Part shown: positions 34,762-44,072 of the stretch, in pieces
Position numbering within the stretch: the first letter of the stretch is position 1
Layout of the letters: every line of letters begins with the position of its first letter
NCBI GenBank assembly: GCA_014382665.1
Contig: JACNJH010000129.1
Span: 305-64,304, forward strand
Reading direction: 5' to 3'
Origin: Candidatus Desulfatibia profunda
GTDB taxonomy: Bacteria; Desulfobacterota; Desulfobacteria; Desulfobacterales; UBA11574
DNA length: 64,000 nucleotides
The notes under the pieces: model-generated
The model's input: the letters and a program-made list of their open reading frames with translations, nothing else
Database searches by the model: none
What the model was told of the DNA's origin: nothing
Made by a program: the position numbers and the translations under genes

Positions 34762-35304
34762 CTATTGCGGTTCAACGAGCTGCGCTCTGGCAATTTCCCC
34801 GAATGGAATAGAAACGATGGTACCTTCGACTGAAAGCCTTACGATCCCTTCGGATATGCCTGCCAGGGCACCTTTGAAATTTCTTTGTCCTCCAATAGGT
34901 TGCCTGGTCCTGATTCTTGCCTGTTTCCCCATGAATCTTTCATAGTCAAGCGCTTTCGACAAAGGGCGATGCGGTCCTGGTGATGAGACTTCAAGACTGT
35001 AAGGCCCGGCGTTTTCAAGATATACGTCAAGAAGGTCACCCGCCTGGCGGTTGATACATACGCAGTCGTCGAGCGTAATCCCTCCGGGTCTGTCTATAAA
35101 AAGGCGCAGGATCCTGCCGCCCGCTTCCCGCTGATACTCGATGTGTACCAGTTCCAGCCCCTCGGCTTCACACAAGGATTCAATCAACTCCCTGATTTTA
35201 AAAATTATTTTTGCACCGTTCTCTGCGGAACGTTGTGTCGCCTCCTGGCCCTTTGCCTCGGATTTTTGTCTTTTTTTCTTCGATATTTTCTTTGGTCCTT
35301 TCAC
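34762..35304 (-). CDS. rimP: ribosome maturation factor RimP
   Basis: LVHIEYQREAGGRILRLFIDRPGGITLDDC...LEVSSPG pattern. The GTG start and basic N-terminal extension are uncertain. Confidence 0.8.
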   Translation of the reverse strand: MKGPKKISKKKRQKSEAKGQEATQRSAENGAKIIFKIRELIESLCEAEGLELVHIEYQREAGGRILRLFIDRPGGITLDDCVCINRQAGDLLDVYLENAGPYSLEVSSPGPHRPLSKALDYERFMGKQARIRTRQPIGGQRNFKGALAGISEGIVRLSVEGTIVSIPFGEIARAQLVEPQ

Positions 35305-35320
35305 CGGCCCTTAGCTTGAT

Positions 35321-35349
35321 TAAAAACAAAAACGGGCTGTCGCCCGTTT
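35321..35349 (-). terminator. rho-independent terminator downstream of tRNA-Gly
   Basis: On the minus strand, AACGGGC-GACA-GCCCGTT is followed by TTTTTGTTTTT. Confidence 0.7.
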
Positions 35350-35497
35350 CCGCTCGTATTGGTAGATCTTTTGTTGTGGATCGAAAATTTTAAATCTTCA
35401 TGCAACTAACCATAATGAAAAAATTAACTTCAAACCACACCTGCCCCTAAAAGCTCTACCTTCAACAACCTTGATAATGAATAAGGCGTTCTTTCTG

Positions 35498-35572
35498 TGG
35501 AGCGGGCAACGAGATTTGAACTCGCGACTCCAAGCTTGGGAAGCTTGTACTCTACCACTGAGTTATGCCCGC
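35498..35572 (-). tRNA. tRNA-Gly (anticodon CCC), CCA encoded
   Basis: Minus strand reads GCGGGCATAACTCAGTGGTAGAGTACAAGCTTCCCAAGCTTGGAGTCGCGAGTTCAAATCTCGTTGCCCGCTCCA. It folds by eye as a cloverleaf with acceptor GCGGGCA/TGCCCGC, anticodon loop TTCCCAA and T-loop TTCAAAT. Confidence 0.93.
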
Positions 35573-35675
35573 ACGCTAACGAAGTTAAGATATTATAGAA
35601 AATTTTACTTGTCAATATTTTTCAAGCATATTTTTGGGTACCGGAAAAGATATAAAAAGACATGACAATTTTAAT

Positions 35676-36023
35676 TTAGCCGATGAGATCCCGGATACTT
35701 TTGAGTTCTGAGCGGATTTCAGCCACCGTGATGGATGAGGACCTCTCTTTTACTTCAACAGTTCCGGCACTTAGATGCTTCCTTGCCCCCTGGATCGTAA
35801 ATTTTTTTTCATATAGAAGATACTTGATTTTTAAGATCAGCTCAAGATCGCTTTTTCGGTACAGTCTATGGCCTGAAGGTGTCCGCTTTGGTTTTATTTT
35901 TTTGAATTCAGACTCCCAGAACCTTAAAACATACGCCGGAACACCCGTAATTACACTAACTTCTCCAACCTTGAAGTACAGTTTGTCGGGCAATTCTGTT
36001 TGGTTAGGCTGCTTGTCCTGCAT
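35676..36023 (-). CDS. MerR-family transcriptional regulator
   Basis: YFKVGEVSVITGVPAYVLRFWESEFKKIKPKRTPSGHRLYRKSDLELI. Confidence 0.85.
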   Translation of the reverse strand: MQDKQPNQTELPDKLYFKVGEVSVITGVPAYVLRFWESEFKKIKPKRTPSGHRLYRKSDLELILKIKYLLYEKKFTIQGARKHLSAGTVEVKERSSSITVAEIRSELKSIRDLIG

Positions 36024-36088
36024 CTTAATCGCTACTGTTGATAGAGAGTGAAAGGCGCAAAAACTTCACGTGCCGTAAGGGCCAAGGT

Positions 36089-38506
36089 TTAGGCCGGCAA
36101 TATGGCGTTAAACTCCTTTAAAAGCCTCTCTGCAATGTTTTGATGAATGCGATTTACCGTATCATCATCCAGGGTCTCATGAAAAGATCTGTAGCTTATT
36201 CTAAATGAAACACTTTTTTTGCCTAAAGGAATCGGATCGCCTTCGAAAGCGTCAAATAAATGCAAATTTTCAACCAGAACTTCATTAAGGGCTTCAACGC
36301 TTTTTAGTATCTTCAACGCTTCGACATTCTTATCGACAATAAGGGTAATATCTCTTGATGTAGCCGGAAATTTCGGAATGGGCAGGGCTGATTTTATCTC
36401 CGCTATATGCTTGCTCAACTGGTTGACGTTAAGCTCAAAAATATAAGCGGTTTGCTTTAGCTCGTAATTACGAAGCACGTTTGGATGCAGCTTTCCTATA
36501 AGGCCTAGCGATTGATTTGCTGTGAATACTTCGGCCGTAAAACCGGGCTTTGTGTAACTGCAAAATTCCGGCGGCATGCCGGTAAATAATGTGTCGTCAA
36601 CGCGCAGGTTTCTTAACAGCTCTTCGACCACACCTTTTAAGTCATAAAAATCACAATGTACTTCTTTGGAAAACCACAAAGCTTCGTTTCTAATCCCGGT
36701 ACAAAGACCGGCCAGTATTTCAGCTTCAAGCGGCTGGCTGTCGGCCTCTCCGGTACTGAAAAAAACGTTGCCGATCTCGAACAGCTTAAGATTTCTGTTT
36801 TGCATCGCCAGATTGTAACGCATGGTTTCAAGCAGGCCGGGTATTAGAGACGTCCGCATCACAGCCTGATCTTCAGACAGAGGATTTAAGATTTCTATTT
36901 CCTTGCGTCTGGGATCATCAGATCTGAGTTCGAGCCGATCACAGGATCGTTTGCTGACAAAACTGTAATTGATTACCTCTGTAAATCCCAGGCCCGTCAT
37001 CAGGCGTTTGATGCTATTCCTCGAATCAATCTGTTTTGAAGTCCTTCTGGTGTCCGCTGCTATCAGGGGAAAGGTTGTTTTGATATTGTTATAACCCAAT
37101 AAACGGGCAACCTCTTCGGTGAGATCTTCAAATCTGCTGATGTCAACTCTATAGGACGGTGGAAAAACCCGCAGCTTATCGGCGTCATTTTTTTTGACAT
37201 CAAACTCGATCGACCTTAAATAGGATTCAATCTCGTCCTGATTCAGACGGGTTCCAAGATAACGATTTAAAGCGGTGACACTAAGATCGATCATTTTTTC
37301 CGAAAAGGGCTTGGGGTTCTCATCAATTGTACCGCCAACGAGTTTGCCACCGGAGATTTCAGCAATGATCCTGGCAACCCGATGCAAGGCCGCAATCGTG
37401 CCCCGGGGGTCAACGCCACGTTCGAAGCGTTGGGACGCGTCGGTGCTCAGTCCTAGTTTTTTAGACGTTTTTCGAATACAAACCGGATCAAAATAGGCGC
37501 TCTCAAGCAGAACCCGCGTGGTGGTCTCTTCGACTTCTGAATTCAACCCGCCCATAACTCCGCCGACAGCAACCGATTTTTCTCCGTCACAGATCATGAG
37601 CATTTCCGAATCCAGGCGCCGCTCTTTTTGATCCAGGCTGGTAAATGTTTCACCCTCTTGGGCGACCCGGACAACAATTCTGTTTTCGGCAAGCCGGTCA
37701 AAGTCAAAGGCATGCAGCGGCTGACCGGTCTCCATCATTACAAAATTGGTAGCATCAACGATGTTGTTAATCGGTTTTAAACCCACTGAAACCAGACGAT
37801 CCCGGAGCCAAAACGGTGAGGGGCCGACGGCAACATCAAAAACAAGCCTAGCGGCATATCTGGGGCAAAGGTCCGGATTCAAAATCGTAACAGACGTATA
37901 ATTTAAGATATCATCGCAAGATTCCGGAAGGCTGATTCGAGGATAGTTTACCCTTGTTTTTCGGAGAGCTGCAATTTCCCGCGCTATTCCAATGATACTC
38001 AGACAGTCCGAACGGTTCGGTGTCAGATCAATTTCGAACACGGGGTCTGACAATCCAAGCGCTTTGTTTAGAGGTTTTCCCACCGCAAGATTCTGTTTCA
38101 GAACCATGATGCCGTCGCCACCTGCACCCAGACCCAACTCGGCTTCACTGCAAAGCATTCCTTCTGAGCCTTCACCATGAATCAGGCCTTTTTTCAATAC
38201 ATTGCCGCCCGGCAGACAGGCGCCGGGAAGGGCACAGGGCGCCAAAATACCCGTTTCTACATTCGGCGCTCCACATACGACAGGAATCGTGCGATTGCCT
38301 AAATCCACCCGGCAGATTTTCAGACCATCGATATTGGCGTGTGGAACGATCCCGGCAATTCGGCCGACAAAAACATGATCGAGATAATCATAACGATCTG
38401 AAAAGGTGTCAACTTCAAGCCCGACCATGGTAAGGGCGTCAGCGAGATCACTCGGCGGCATGTCGACGTCCATGTATTCTTTTAACCAGCTAACACTGAC
38501 CTTCAT
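36089..38506 (-). CDS. pheT: phenylalanyl-tRNA synthetase beta subunit
   Basis: 805 aa with N-terminus MKVSVSWLKEY and B3/4, B5 and FDX-ACB regions. It is adjacent to pheS. Confidence 0.96.
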   Translation of the reverse strand: MKVSVSWLKEYMDVDMPPSDLADALTMVGLEVDTFSDRYDYLDHVFVGRIAGIVPHANIDGLKICRVDLGNRTIPVVCGAPNVETGILAPCALPGACLPGGNVLKKGLIHGEGSEGMLCSEAELGLGAGGDGIMVLKQNLAVGKPLNKALGLSDPVFEIDLTPNRSDCLSIIGIAREIAALRKTRVNYPRISLPESCDDILNYTSVTILNPDLCPRYAARLVFDVAVGPSPFWLRDRLVSVGLKPINNIVDATNFVMMETGQPLHAFDFDRLAENRIVVRVAQEGETFTSLDQKERRLDSEMLMICDGEKSVAVGGVMGGLNSEVEETTTRVLLESAYFDPVCIRKTSKKLGLSTDASQRFERGVDPRGTIAALHRVARIIAEISGGKLVGGTIDENPKPFSEKMIDLSVTALNRYLGTRLNQDEIESYLRSIEFDVKKNDADKLRVFPPSYRVDISRFEDLTEEVARLLGYNNIKTTFPLIAADTRRTSKQIDSRNSIKRLMTGLGFTEVINYSFVSKRSCDRLELRSDDPRRKEIEILNPLSEDQAVMRTSLIPGLLETMRYNLAMQNRNLKLFEIGNVFFSTGEADSQPLEAEILAGLCTGIRNEALWFSKEVHCDFYDLKGVVEELLRNLRVDDTLFTGMPPEFCSYTKPGFTAEVFTANQSLGLIGKLHPNVLRNYELKQTAYIFELNVNQLSKHIAEIKSALPIPKFPATSRDITLIVDKNVEALKILKSVEALNEVLVENLHLFDAFEGDPIPLGKKSVSFRISYRSFHETLDDDTVNRIHQNIAERLLKEFNAILPA

Positions 38507-38507
38507 A

Positions 38508-39515
38508 TTAAAACTGCCTTAAGAACCTTAAATCGTTTTCAAAAAACTTGCGGATGTCATCAACCCCGTATTTCAGCATTGCAATCCGTTCAACACCCAT
38601 TCCAAAAGCAAATCCGCTGTAGCGGGCGGTATCATAACCGACGTTCTCAAACACAGCAGGATGTACCATGCCGGAACCAAGCACTTCCAGCCATCCGGTA
38701 TTTGAGCATACCCTGCATCCGGCACCTCGGCAGATAACGCACCGGATATCGACTTCCGCACTCGGTTCCGTAAACGGAAAGAAGCTGGGTCGAAACCTGA
38801 GGCTTGTTTCTGTGTCAAACATCTGGTGCACAAATGTAGTCAGCACCCCTTTCAGATCTCCAAAGGAAATCCCTTCATCAACAAGAAGACCTTCAACCTG
38901 ATGAAACATGGGCGTATGGGTCAGGTCGGAGTCACAACGGTAGACTTTACCGGGTGCGATAATTCTGACCGGCGGTTTTTGTCGCTCCATTATCCGGGGC
39001 TGGGTAGGGGAGGTGTGGGTCCGCAGAACAATGTTTTCTGAAATGTAGAATGTGTCCTGCATGTCCCTTGCAGGATGATTTTTGGGTATATTCAGGGCTT
39101 CAAAATTATAATAGTCGGTTTCAACTTCCGGTCCTTCGGCAATATCAAACCCCAGTCTTGTAAAAATATCACAAATCTGCTGGGTAGTCTGCGTAATTGG
39201 GTGCAATGACCCATGACGGACAACTCTGCCGGGCAGCGAAACATCAATTCGGTCGGCTGTTTTTAATGACGCACTTTCAAATTGTTGAAAGGCCTTTTTG
39301 AATTTAGCATCAAGAACCCTCTTAACATCGTTGGCCCTTTTACCGGCCTCCGGTCTTATCTTTTGGGGAAGATTCGCAATATCTCTCAAAAATTGAGTCA
39401 GCTTGCCCTTGCGACCCAGATATCGGACCGAGAGGTCTTTAACACTTTCCATATCAGAAGCAACTTCAAGCTCCTTTAGCGCCTGCGCTTCAATCTGTTC
39501 GATATCCTGTTCCAC
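38508..39515 (-). CDS. pheS: phenylalanyl-tRNA synthetase alpha subunit
   Basis: HPARDMQDTFY...LRTHTSP...FRPSFFPFTEPSAEVD...GMGVERIAML. Confidence 0.97.
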   Translation of the reverse strand: MEQDIEQIEAQALKELEVASDMESVKDLSVRYLGRKGKLTQFLRDIANLPQKIRPEAGKRANDVKRVLDAKFKKAFQQFESASLKTADRIDVSLPGRVVRHGSLHPITQTTQQICDIFTRLGFDIAEGPEVETDYYNFEALNIPKNHPARDMQDTFYISENIVLRTHTSPTQPRIMERQKPPVRIIAPGKVYRCDSDLTHTPMFHQVEGLLVDEGISFGDLKGVLTTFVHQMFDTETSLRFRPSFFPFTEPSAEVDIRCVICRGAGCRVCSNTGWLEVLGSGMVHPAVFENVGYDTARYSGFAFGMGVERIAMLKYGVDDIRKFFENDLRFLRQF

Positions 39516-39721
39516 TTTTTATGGTCTGTTTTCTCAATTGTAATTGTTTGTCGAAAGCCGAAAGGCGGAATCTGATTGAAGATCCCTGCCTTATCGGCCG
39601 TTCGCTATTCCGCAGCTCCACCCTGAAAGGACGGGGTAGGCGCCCGTCCCATCCGATTCATCTTGTTGTAATTTATGGGAAATTAGCCCTGCCTAGATAA
39701 ATTCTTCATGAAAAATTCGGG

Positions 39722-40072
39722 TTAGAGTTGCTGGGCAGCCAAGTTGGCGATCTGAGCAAACCCCGAAGGATCAGATATAGCCAGCTCCGCCAAAACTTTT
39801 CGATCAAGCTCAACACCGGCCAGTTTAAGTCCATGGACAAATTTACTGTAAGACAGATTATTCATTCGTACCGCTGCATTAATTCTTGCAATCCAGAGTT
39901 TCCGGAAGTCGCGCTTCCGTGCTTTGCGATCGCGATAAGCGTACATCAGGGCCTTGTCTACCGCGTCGGCCGCTGTTCGAAATAATTTGCTACGCCCTCC
40001 GCGGAACCCTTTGGCCAATTTCAGTACTTTTTTACGGCGTTGTCTAGCTTTAAAACCTCTTTTTACACGCAT
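39722..40072 (-). CDS. rplT: 50S ribosomal protein L20
   Basis: [32 protein letters not shown].... Confidence 0.97.
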   Translation of the reverse strand: MRVKRGFKARQRRKKVLKLAKGFRGGRSKLFRTAADAVDKALMYAYRDRKARKRDFRKLWIARINAAVRMNNLSYSKFVHGLKLAGVELDRKVLAELAISDPSGFAQIANLAAQQL

Positions 40073-40233
40073 GGTTATTCTCCTTAAACGTGAAACTCAA
40101 CTTCTCAATAAGCCGGCATCGGCGATCCTGCCCCATCCCTTTCCTCCCAAGGAGTAAAAGGCCGTTCCCGCCCTGTGCTTGATACGGGAATAATGGGACA
40201 AAAGCCAACGCTATTGAGAAGGTCCCCGTGAAA

Positions 40234-40431
40234 TTATCCGTTGGGGAGTAGTAACTTTATCTCTTTTTTGTTCGTTTTGTCAACAAGTTGGATTTTCCGC
40301 AGCGACCGCTTCCGCTTTGTGGTCTTTTTTGTTAAAATATGATTTGCATGTGATTTTGAAAAGACAAATTTACCTGTACCTGTCTTCTTGAAACGTTTTG
40401 CTGCTGCACGATTTGTTTTAATCTTTGGCAT
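40234..40431 (-). CDS. rpmI: 50S ribosomal protein L35
   Basis: [22 protein letters not shown]...[15 protein letters not shown]. Confidence 0.96.
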   Translation of the reverse strand: MPKIKTNRAAAKRFKKTGTGKFVFSKSHANHILTKKTTKRKRSLRKIQLVDKTNKKEIKLLLPNG

Positions 40432-40453
40432 TTATTTAAACTCCTTTAAACAT

Positions 40454-40493
40454 AGATGGCGTGGGCAATAGACAACTTCGGGCCACGCCATCT
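40454..40493 (-). promoter_or_regulatory. 11-bp-stem hairpin immediately upstream of the rpmI RBS
   Basis: AGATGGCGTGG (40454-40464) pairs with CCACGCCATCT (40483-40493), with an 18-nt loop. It lies ~22 nt from the rpmI start. Confidence 0.5.
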
Positions 40494-40598
40494 CGAGACC
40501 TTTATGTTAAAAGATATATGACATCAATTAGCTGAACGACATTTTACAACACAAACGTATCGTTTAGCGGTTGCCGGAAAAGCTCGGATGAACAATTA

Positions 40599-41150
40599 TT
40601 ATTTCGACAATTGTTTTGGCGACAATACCATAATCATGGTGCGGCCTTCAAACTTGGGATGTTGCTCCAACGATGCAACTTCTTCCGTTTCTTGAATAAT
40701 TTTTTCAAGCAACTCCCTGCCAAGATTGGAAAGCGTAATTTCGCGACCCCTGAACATAACGGTTACCTTGACCTTGTCCTTTTTTTCAAGAAACTTCTTG
40801 ATATGATTGATTTTGGTCCGCAAATCGTGATCGCCTGTTTTGGGACGAACCTTTATTTCCTTGAGTTGAAAGGTGCTTTGTTTCTTTTTGGCGTCCTGTT
40901 TCTTTTTGGTCAGTTCATATTTGTACCGACCGTAATCCATTATTTTGCAAACAGGGGGATTTGCATTGGGAGAAATTTCAACCAGGTCAAGACCAAAATC
41001 TCTAGCAGTAGCAAGGGCCTTGTATGTAGGAATAATGCCGATCTGATTGCCGTCGGGATCGATTACTCTAACTTCTTTGGCTCTTATATTAGTATTGATA
41101 TTTGTTCTCTCTGACTTGCTCGGCCTACTTGTTTGTTTGGTTACAGCTAT
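40599..41150 (-). CDS. infC: translation initiation factor IF-3, probable ATA start codon
   Basis: Conserved INTNIRAKEVRVIDPDGNQIGI... sequence. AGGAGGTGCAGG is directly followed by ATA at 41150. No ATG, GTG or TTG is in a suitable position. Confidence 0.85.
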   Translation of the reverse strand: MAVTKQTSRPSKSERTNINTNIRAKEVRVIDPDGNQIGIIPTYKALATARDFGLDLVEISPNANPPVCKIMDYGRYKYELTKKKQDAKKKQSTFQLKEIKVRPKTGDHDLRTKINHIKKFLEKKDKVKVTVMFRGREITLSNLGRELLEKIIQETEEVASLEQHPKFEGRTMIMVLSPKQLSK

Positions 41151-41429
41151 CCTGCACCTCCTACAGCGAATGTTCGTATTATTGCTCGGCAATACGGAAG
41201 AAAAGGAACCTATTTTGAACTGTGGCAGCGAGCGCTAATGTCGCATTTACCCTATTCCATATTATGAGCCATCAATCCAAATTCGATCTTGAAATATAAA
41301 ACAACGTTAATAAATGCAAGAAAAAAAAGCAACTAAAATAAAAATTTGGTTCGTCTTCAATACGTTCTCATAAAATGGTGGCGGCAGGCGCTCTCTGTAA
41401 AATATTTTTCAGCAAATCGAAACGAATGT

Positions 41430-41930
41430 TTACTGGCCGAGAGTGTATCTGGCAAGCAGACTTTGGCGCCAGTATGCATTCTGCGGATTGTTAAAATAAG
41501 TCTTGAAAAGCTCCAGGCTCTGAGGGCGCAAAATGTTCGGCACAATGGAAATCCGCTGGTCGCGGTACAAGGGGGTGAGTTTTTTTAAATCACAACCCGT
41601 GCCGCCTCCCATGACATCTTCATAGGCGTAAACAACTTTACCAAGGCCGCTTAAAACGATGGCGCCAAGACACATCATACAGGGTTCCATGGTACAGAAC
41701 AGGGTTATCTTGCTTTTATCTATAGCTGCATTAAGATCGATAAGGCGCCTTAATGCAACCATTTCAGCGTGATCAATTTCATTGGCAACATCTCCGGCGG
41801 TTCCTGTGCGGGAAGTGCTTACCAGCACCCTGTTTTGATAAACCAGCACGCAGCCAACCGGAAACTCCCCGGCAGCTAGTGCTTTTCGGGCCTGATCCAG
41901 CGCCTGCTGCATAAAATACTCGTAATCCAT
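41430..41930 (-). CDS. CMP/dCMP-type zinc deaminase (TadA/guanine-deaminase-like)
   Basis: HAEMVAL ... TMEPCMMCLGAIVLSG (HAE ... PCxxC). Confidence 0.8.
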   Translation of the reverse strand: MDYEYFMQQALDQARKALAAGEFPVGCVLVYQNRVLVSTSRTGTAGDVANEIDHAEMVALRRLIDLNAAIDKSKITLFCTMEPCMMCLGAIVLSGLGKVVYAYEDVMGGGTGCDLKKLTPLYRDQRISIVPNILRPQSLELFKTYFNNPQNAYWRQSLLARYTLGQ

Positions 41931-42040
41931 GTTACCCGCCTCTATTTGTCTTCATAATTTATATCAAATATACTCAATCGGCCCGCAGCCGTCGGGTGGT
42001 GCCGTTGTAAAACGTGAAGCTGTTTGAGGGCAAATAACTG

Positions 42041-42187
42041 GTTAGCCCGTTTGCCAGTTTGCCCGTTGCCCCGTCTGGATAAGGCAGACTGGCAGCGTAT
42101 TCATCAACATCTGCAAATCAAGATCTTTATTAACAATGAGTAAATCAAATCAACCGGCCAACCGGCGAACGGGATAACGGGACAACC
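42041..42187. repeat. inverted pair of octamer tandem arrays
   Basis: Left arm, 42041-42072: GTTAGCCC GTTTGCCA GTTTGCCC GTTGCCCC. Right arm, 42151-42187: CAACCGGC CAACCGGC GAACGGGA TAACGGGA CAACC. The units are reverse-complement related, with a ~78-nt spacer. Confidence 0.8.
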
Positions 42188-42197
42188 ATAAGCAGAC

Positions 42198-42758
42198 TTA
42201 TAGCCTGCAAATGCTATCATCGCACGGACAGCTGCCGTCGACTTCAAAGGCATAGACGACTCTCGATTCAACTACAGCTTGCTCGGCCGAAATCCGATTT
42301 AAACTTGTTTTGGCTATCTTTTCAGAAAGTTCTGTTTTGGTAGGTATCGATCCAAGTCCCTGTGACATAACCTTGCCGGTAGCCCCCTCCAAAATCTCGG
42401 CATCCTCGCCGTTTGTCACCACCACAACCGGGACCTGGTAAGGCGCCACCAACCGGGAGGCAGCCAGCGCAGGACGGTGACGGGTGACCAGGGAACCGGG
42501 GCCGTACTTTATGATCATGCCGGTGATACCGTCCAAGTTGACCTGAAAATCGATTTTCACAATAGCACTTTTATTTCCGGCTGTTACCAGAAGTTCGCCG
42601 CGGGTTTGGATCTCTTTTTTCAGATAACCTTTTTGGTTCACAAGCAGATGAGCCACTTTCTGCCGGTACCTTTCGTCGTGGGTATCTGCTATGATTTCAC
42701 CGGAGATAAAATCGACAAGTTCGCCGAGTATGAGATGATGTCCCTGCATTTTTGTCAC
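42198..42758 (-). CDS. conserved hypothetical protein, possibly of the HsdR-N-terminal-domain-like family
   Basis: 186 aa. The pattern ...DTHDERYRQKVAHLLVNQKGY...KYGPGSLVTRHRPALAASRL...VVVVTNGEDAEIL matches, from memory, proteins annotated as type I restriction enzyme HsdR N-terminal domain-containing. The start could be GTG 42758 or ATG 42749. Confidence 0.45.
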   Translation of the reverse strand: MTKMQGHHLILGELVDFISGEIIADTHDERYRQKVAHLLVNQKGYLKKEIQTRGELLVTAGNKSAIVKIDFQVNLDGITGMIIKYGPGSLVTRHRPALAASRLVAPYQVPVVVVTNGEDAEILEGATGKVMSQGLGSIPTKTELSEKIAKTSLNRISAEQAVVESRVVYAFEVDGSCPCDDSICRL

Positions 42759-42983
42759 AATCTATACATAAATAATGAATGGTTTTCAGGATGTAAAGCC
42801 CAAAACCTAAGACTTGCAAAATTTAGGTGAATTCAAGCAGCGTAAAGATTCTTATCAATTTTCATGCAAGATTCAGGAAATTATTACTTTACAATTGAGC
42901 TTGCTTGTGAATAAAACCGCTTTGAAGAAATTTTACAATGGTGATATTGTTACTGAAATAATCATAGTAAGAACTGGAATGAT

Positions 42984-44039
42984 ATGTCTATACGTGAAGA
43001 CTTTGAAAAACGGGAAAAAAACTTTATGGCCCCTTTTGGATGTCTAAGTTCCCAATCACGCGGCCGTTTGAGAACCGAAGAGCCTTGTCCTGTCCGAACA
43101 GCATTTCAGCGAGATCGGGACCGAATTGTTTATTCAAATGCTTTCAGGCGATTAAAACGCAAGACCCAGGTTTTTCTGTCCCCCTTGGGGGATCATTACC
43201 GCACCCGTCTGACCCATACACTCGAGGTATCTGAAATTGCAAGAACGATAGCACGCGCCCTGCGCCTGAACGAAGATTTGGTCGAAGCCATTGCCCTTGC
43301 CCATGATCTGGGTCATCCGCCTTTTGGACATGGCGGTGAGATGGCCCTTAAAGAAATATATTCACCGGATTTTTCGCACCACCACCAGAGCCTGCGGATT
43401 GTGGATGTCTTGGAAAAAAACGGCAGAGGGCTAAATCTCACTTACGAGGTTCGCGATGGAATTTTGAAGCACTCCAAGGGCTACGGCAAGATTATTCCCG
43501 ACAACCCTGAAGAAATGGCATGTACGGTTGAAGGGAATATCGTTCGGATTGCCGATATTATGGCTTACCTGAATCATGATCTGGATGACGCCGTCAGAAG
43601 CGGTGTCATTGCTGCGGATCAAGTGCCCGATACTTGTGCAAAAGTTCTTGGAAGCACACATTCCGAGCGTGCCACCGTTATGATCAAGGATCTGATTTCT
43701 TCGAGCAAGGTGCACAACGGCGAACTGCGGTTGAGCATGAGCGATGCGGTCTTTGCCGCCATGGCCGAACTACGGCAATTTCTTTATGAAAACGTCTACC
43801 GTTCTCCCCAAGTCCATAATGAGTTTGTCAAGGCCAAGAGAATTCTGATCGAACTTTTCACCTATTTTTTAAACAACGAAAAAATGCTCCAGAAAGAACT
43901 TGTGGCCATGGAGATGTCAGAGTGCAATCATGACAGTCAACCCAACGAGAGGATTATATGTGACCTTATTGCCAGTTTGACAGACCGATACGCACTCGAT
44001 CTTTATTCAAAAATCTTTTTCCCTTCGCCGCTGTTTTAA
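42984..44039 (+). CDS. dGTP triphosphohydrolase-like HD-domain protein
   Basis: RTAFQRDRDRIVYSNAFRRLKRKTQVF...RTRLTHTLEVSEIARTIARAL...AHDLGHPPFGH. Confidence 0.88.
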   Translation: MSIREDFEKREKNFMAPFGCLSSQSRGRLRTEEPCPVRTAFQRDRDRIVYSNAFRRLKRKTQVFLSPLGDHYRTRLTHTLEVSEIARTIARALRLNEDLVEAIALAHDLGHPPFGHGGEMALKEIYSPDFSHHHQSLRIVDVLEKNGRGLNLTYEVRDGILKHSKGYGKIIPDNPEEMACTVEGNIVRIADIMAYLNHDLDDAVRSGVIAADQVPDTCAKVLGSTHSERATVMIKDLISSSKVHNGELRLSMSDAVFAAMAELRQFLYENVYRSPQVHNEFVKAKRILIELFTYFLNNEKMLQKELVAMEMSECNHDSQPNERIICDLIASLTDRYALDLYSKIFFPSPLF

Positions 44040-44072
44040 AATCAAACCGCTTTTGATGAAACGATAGGCTCA

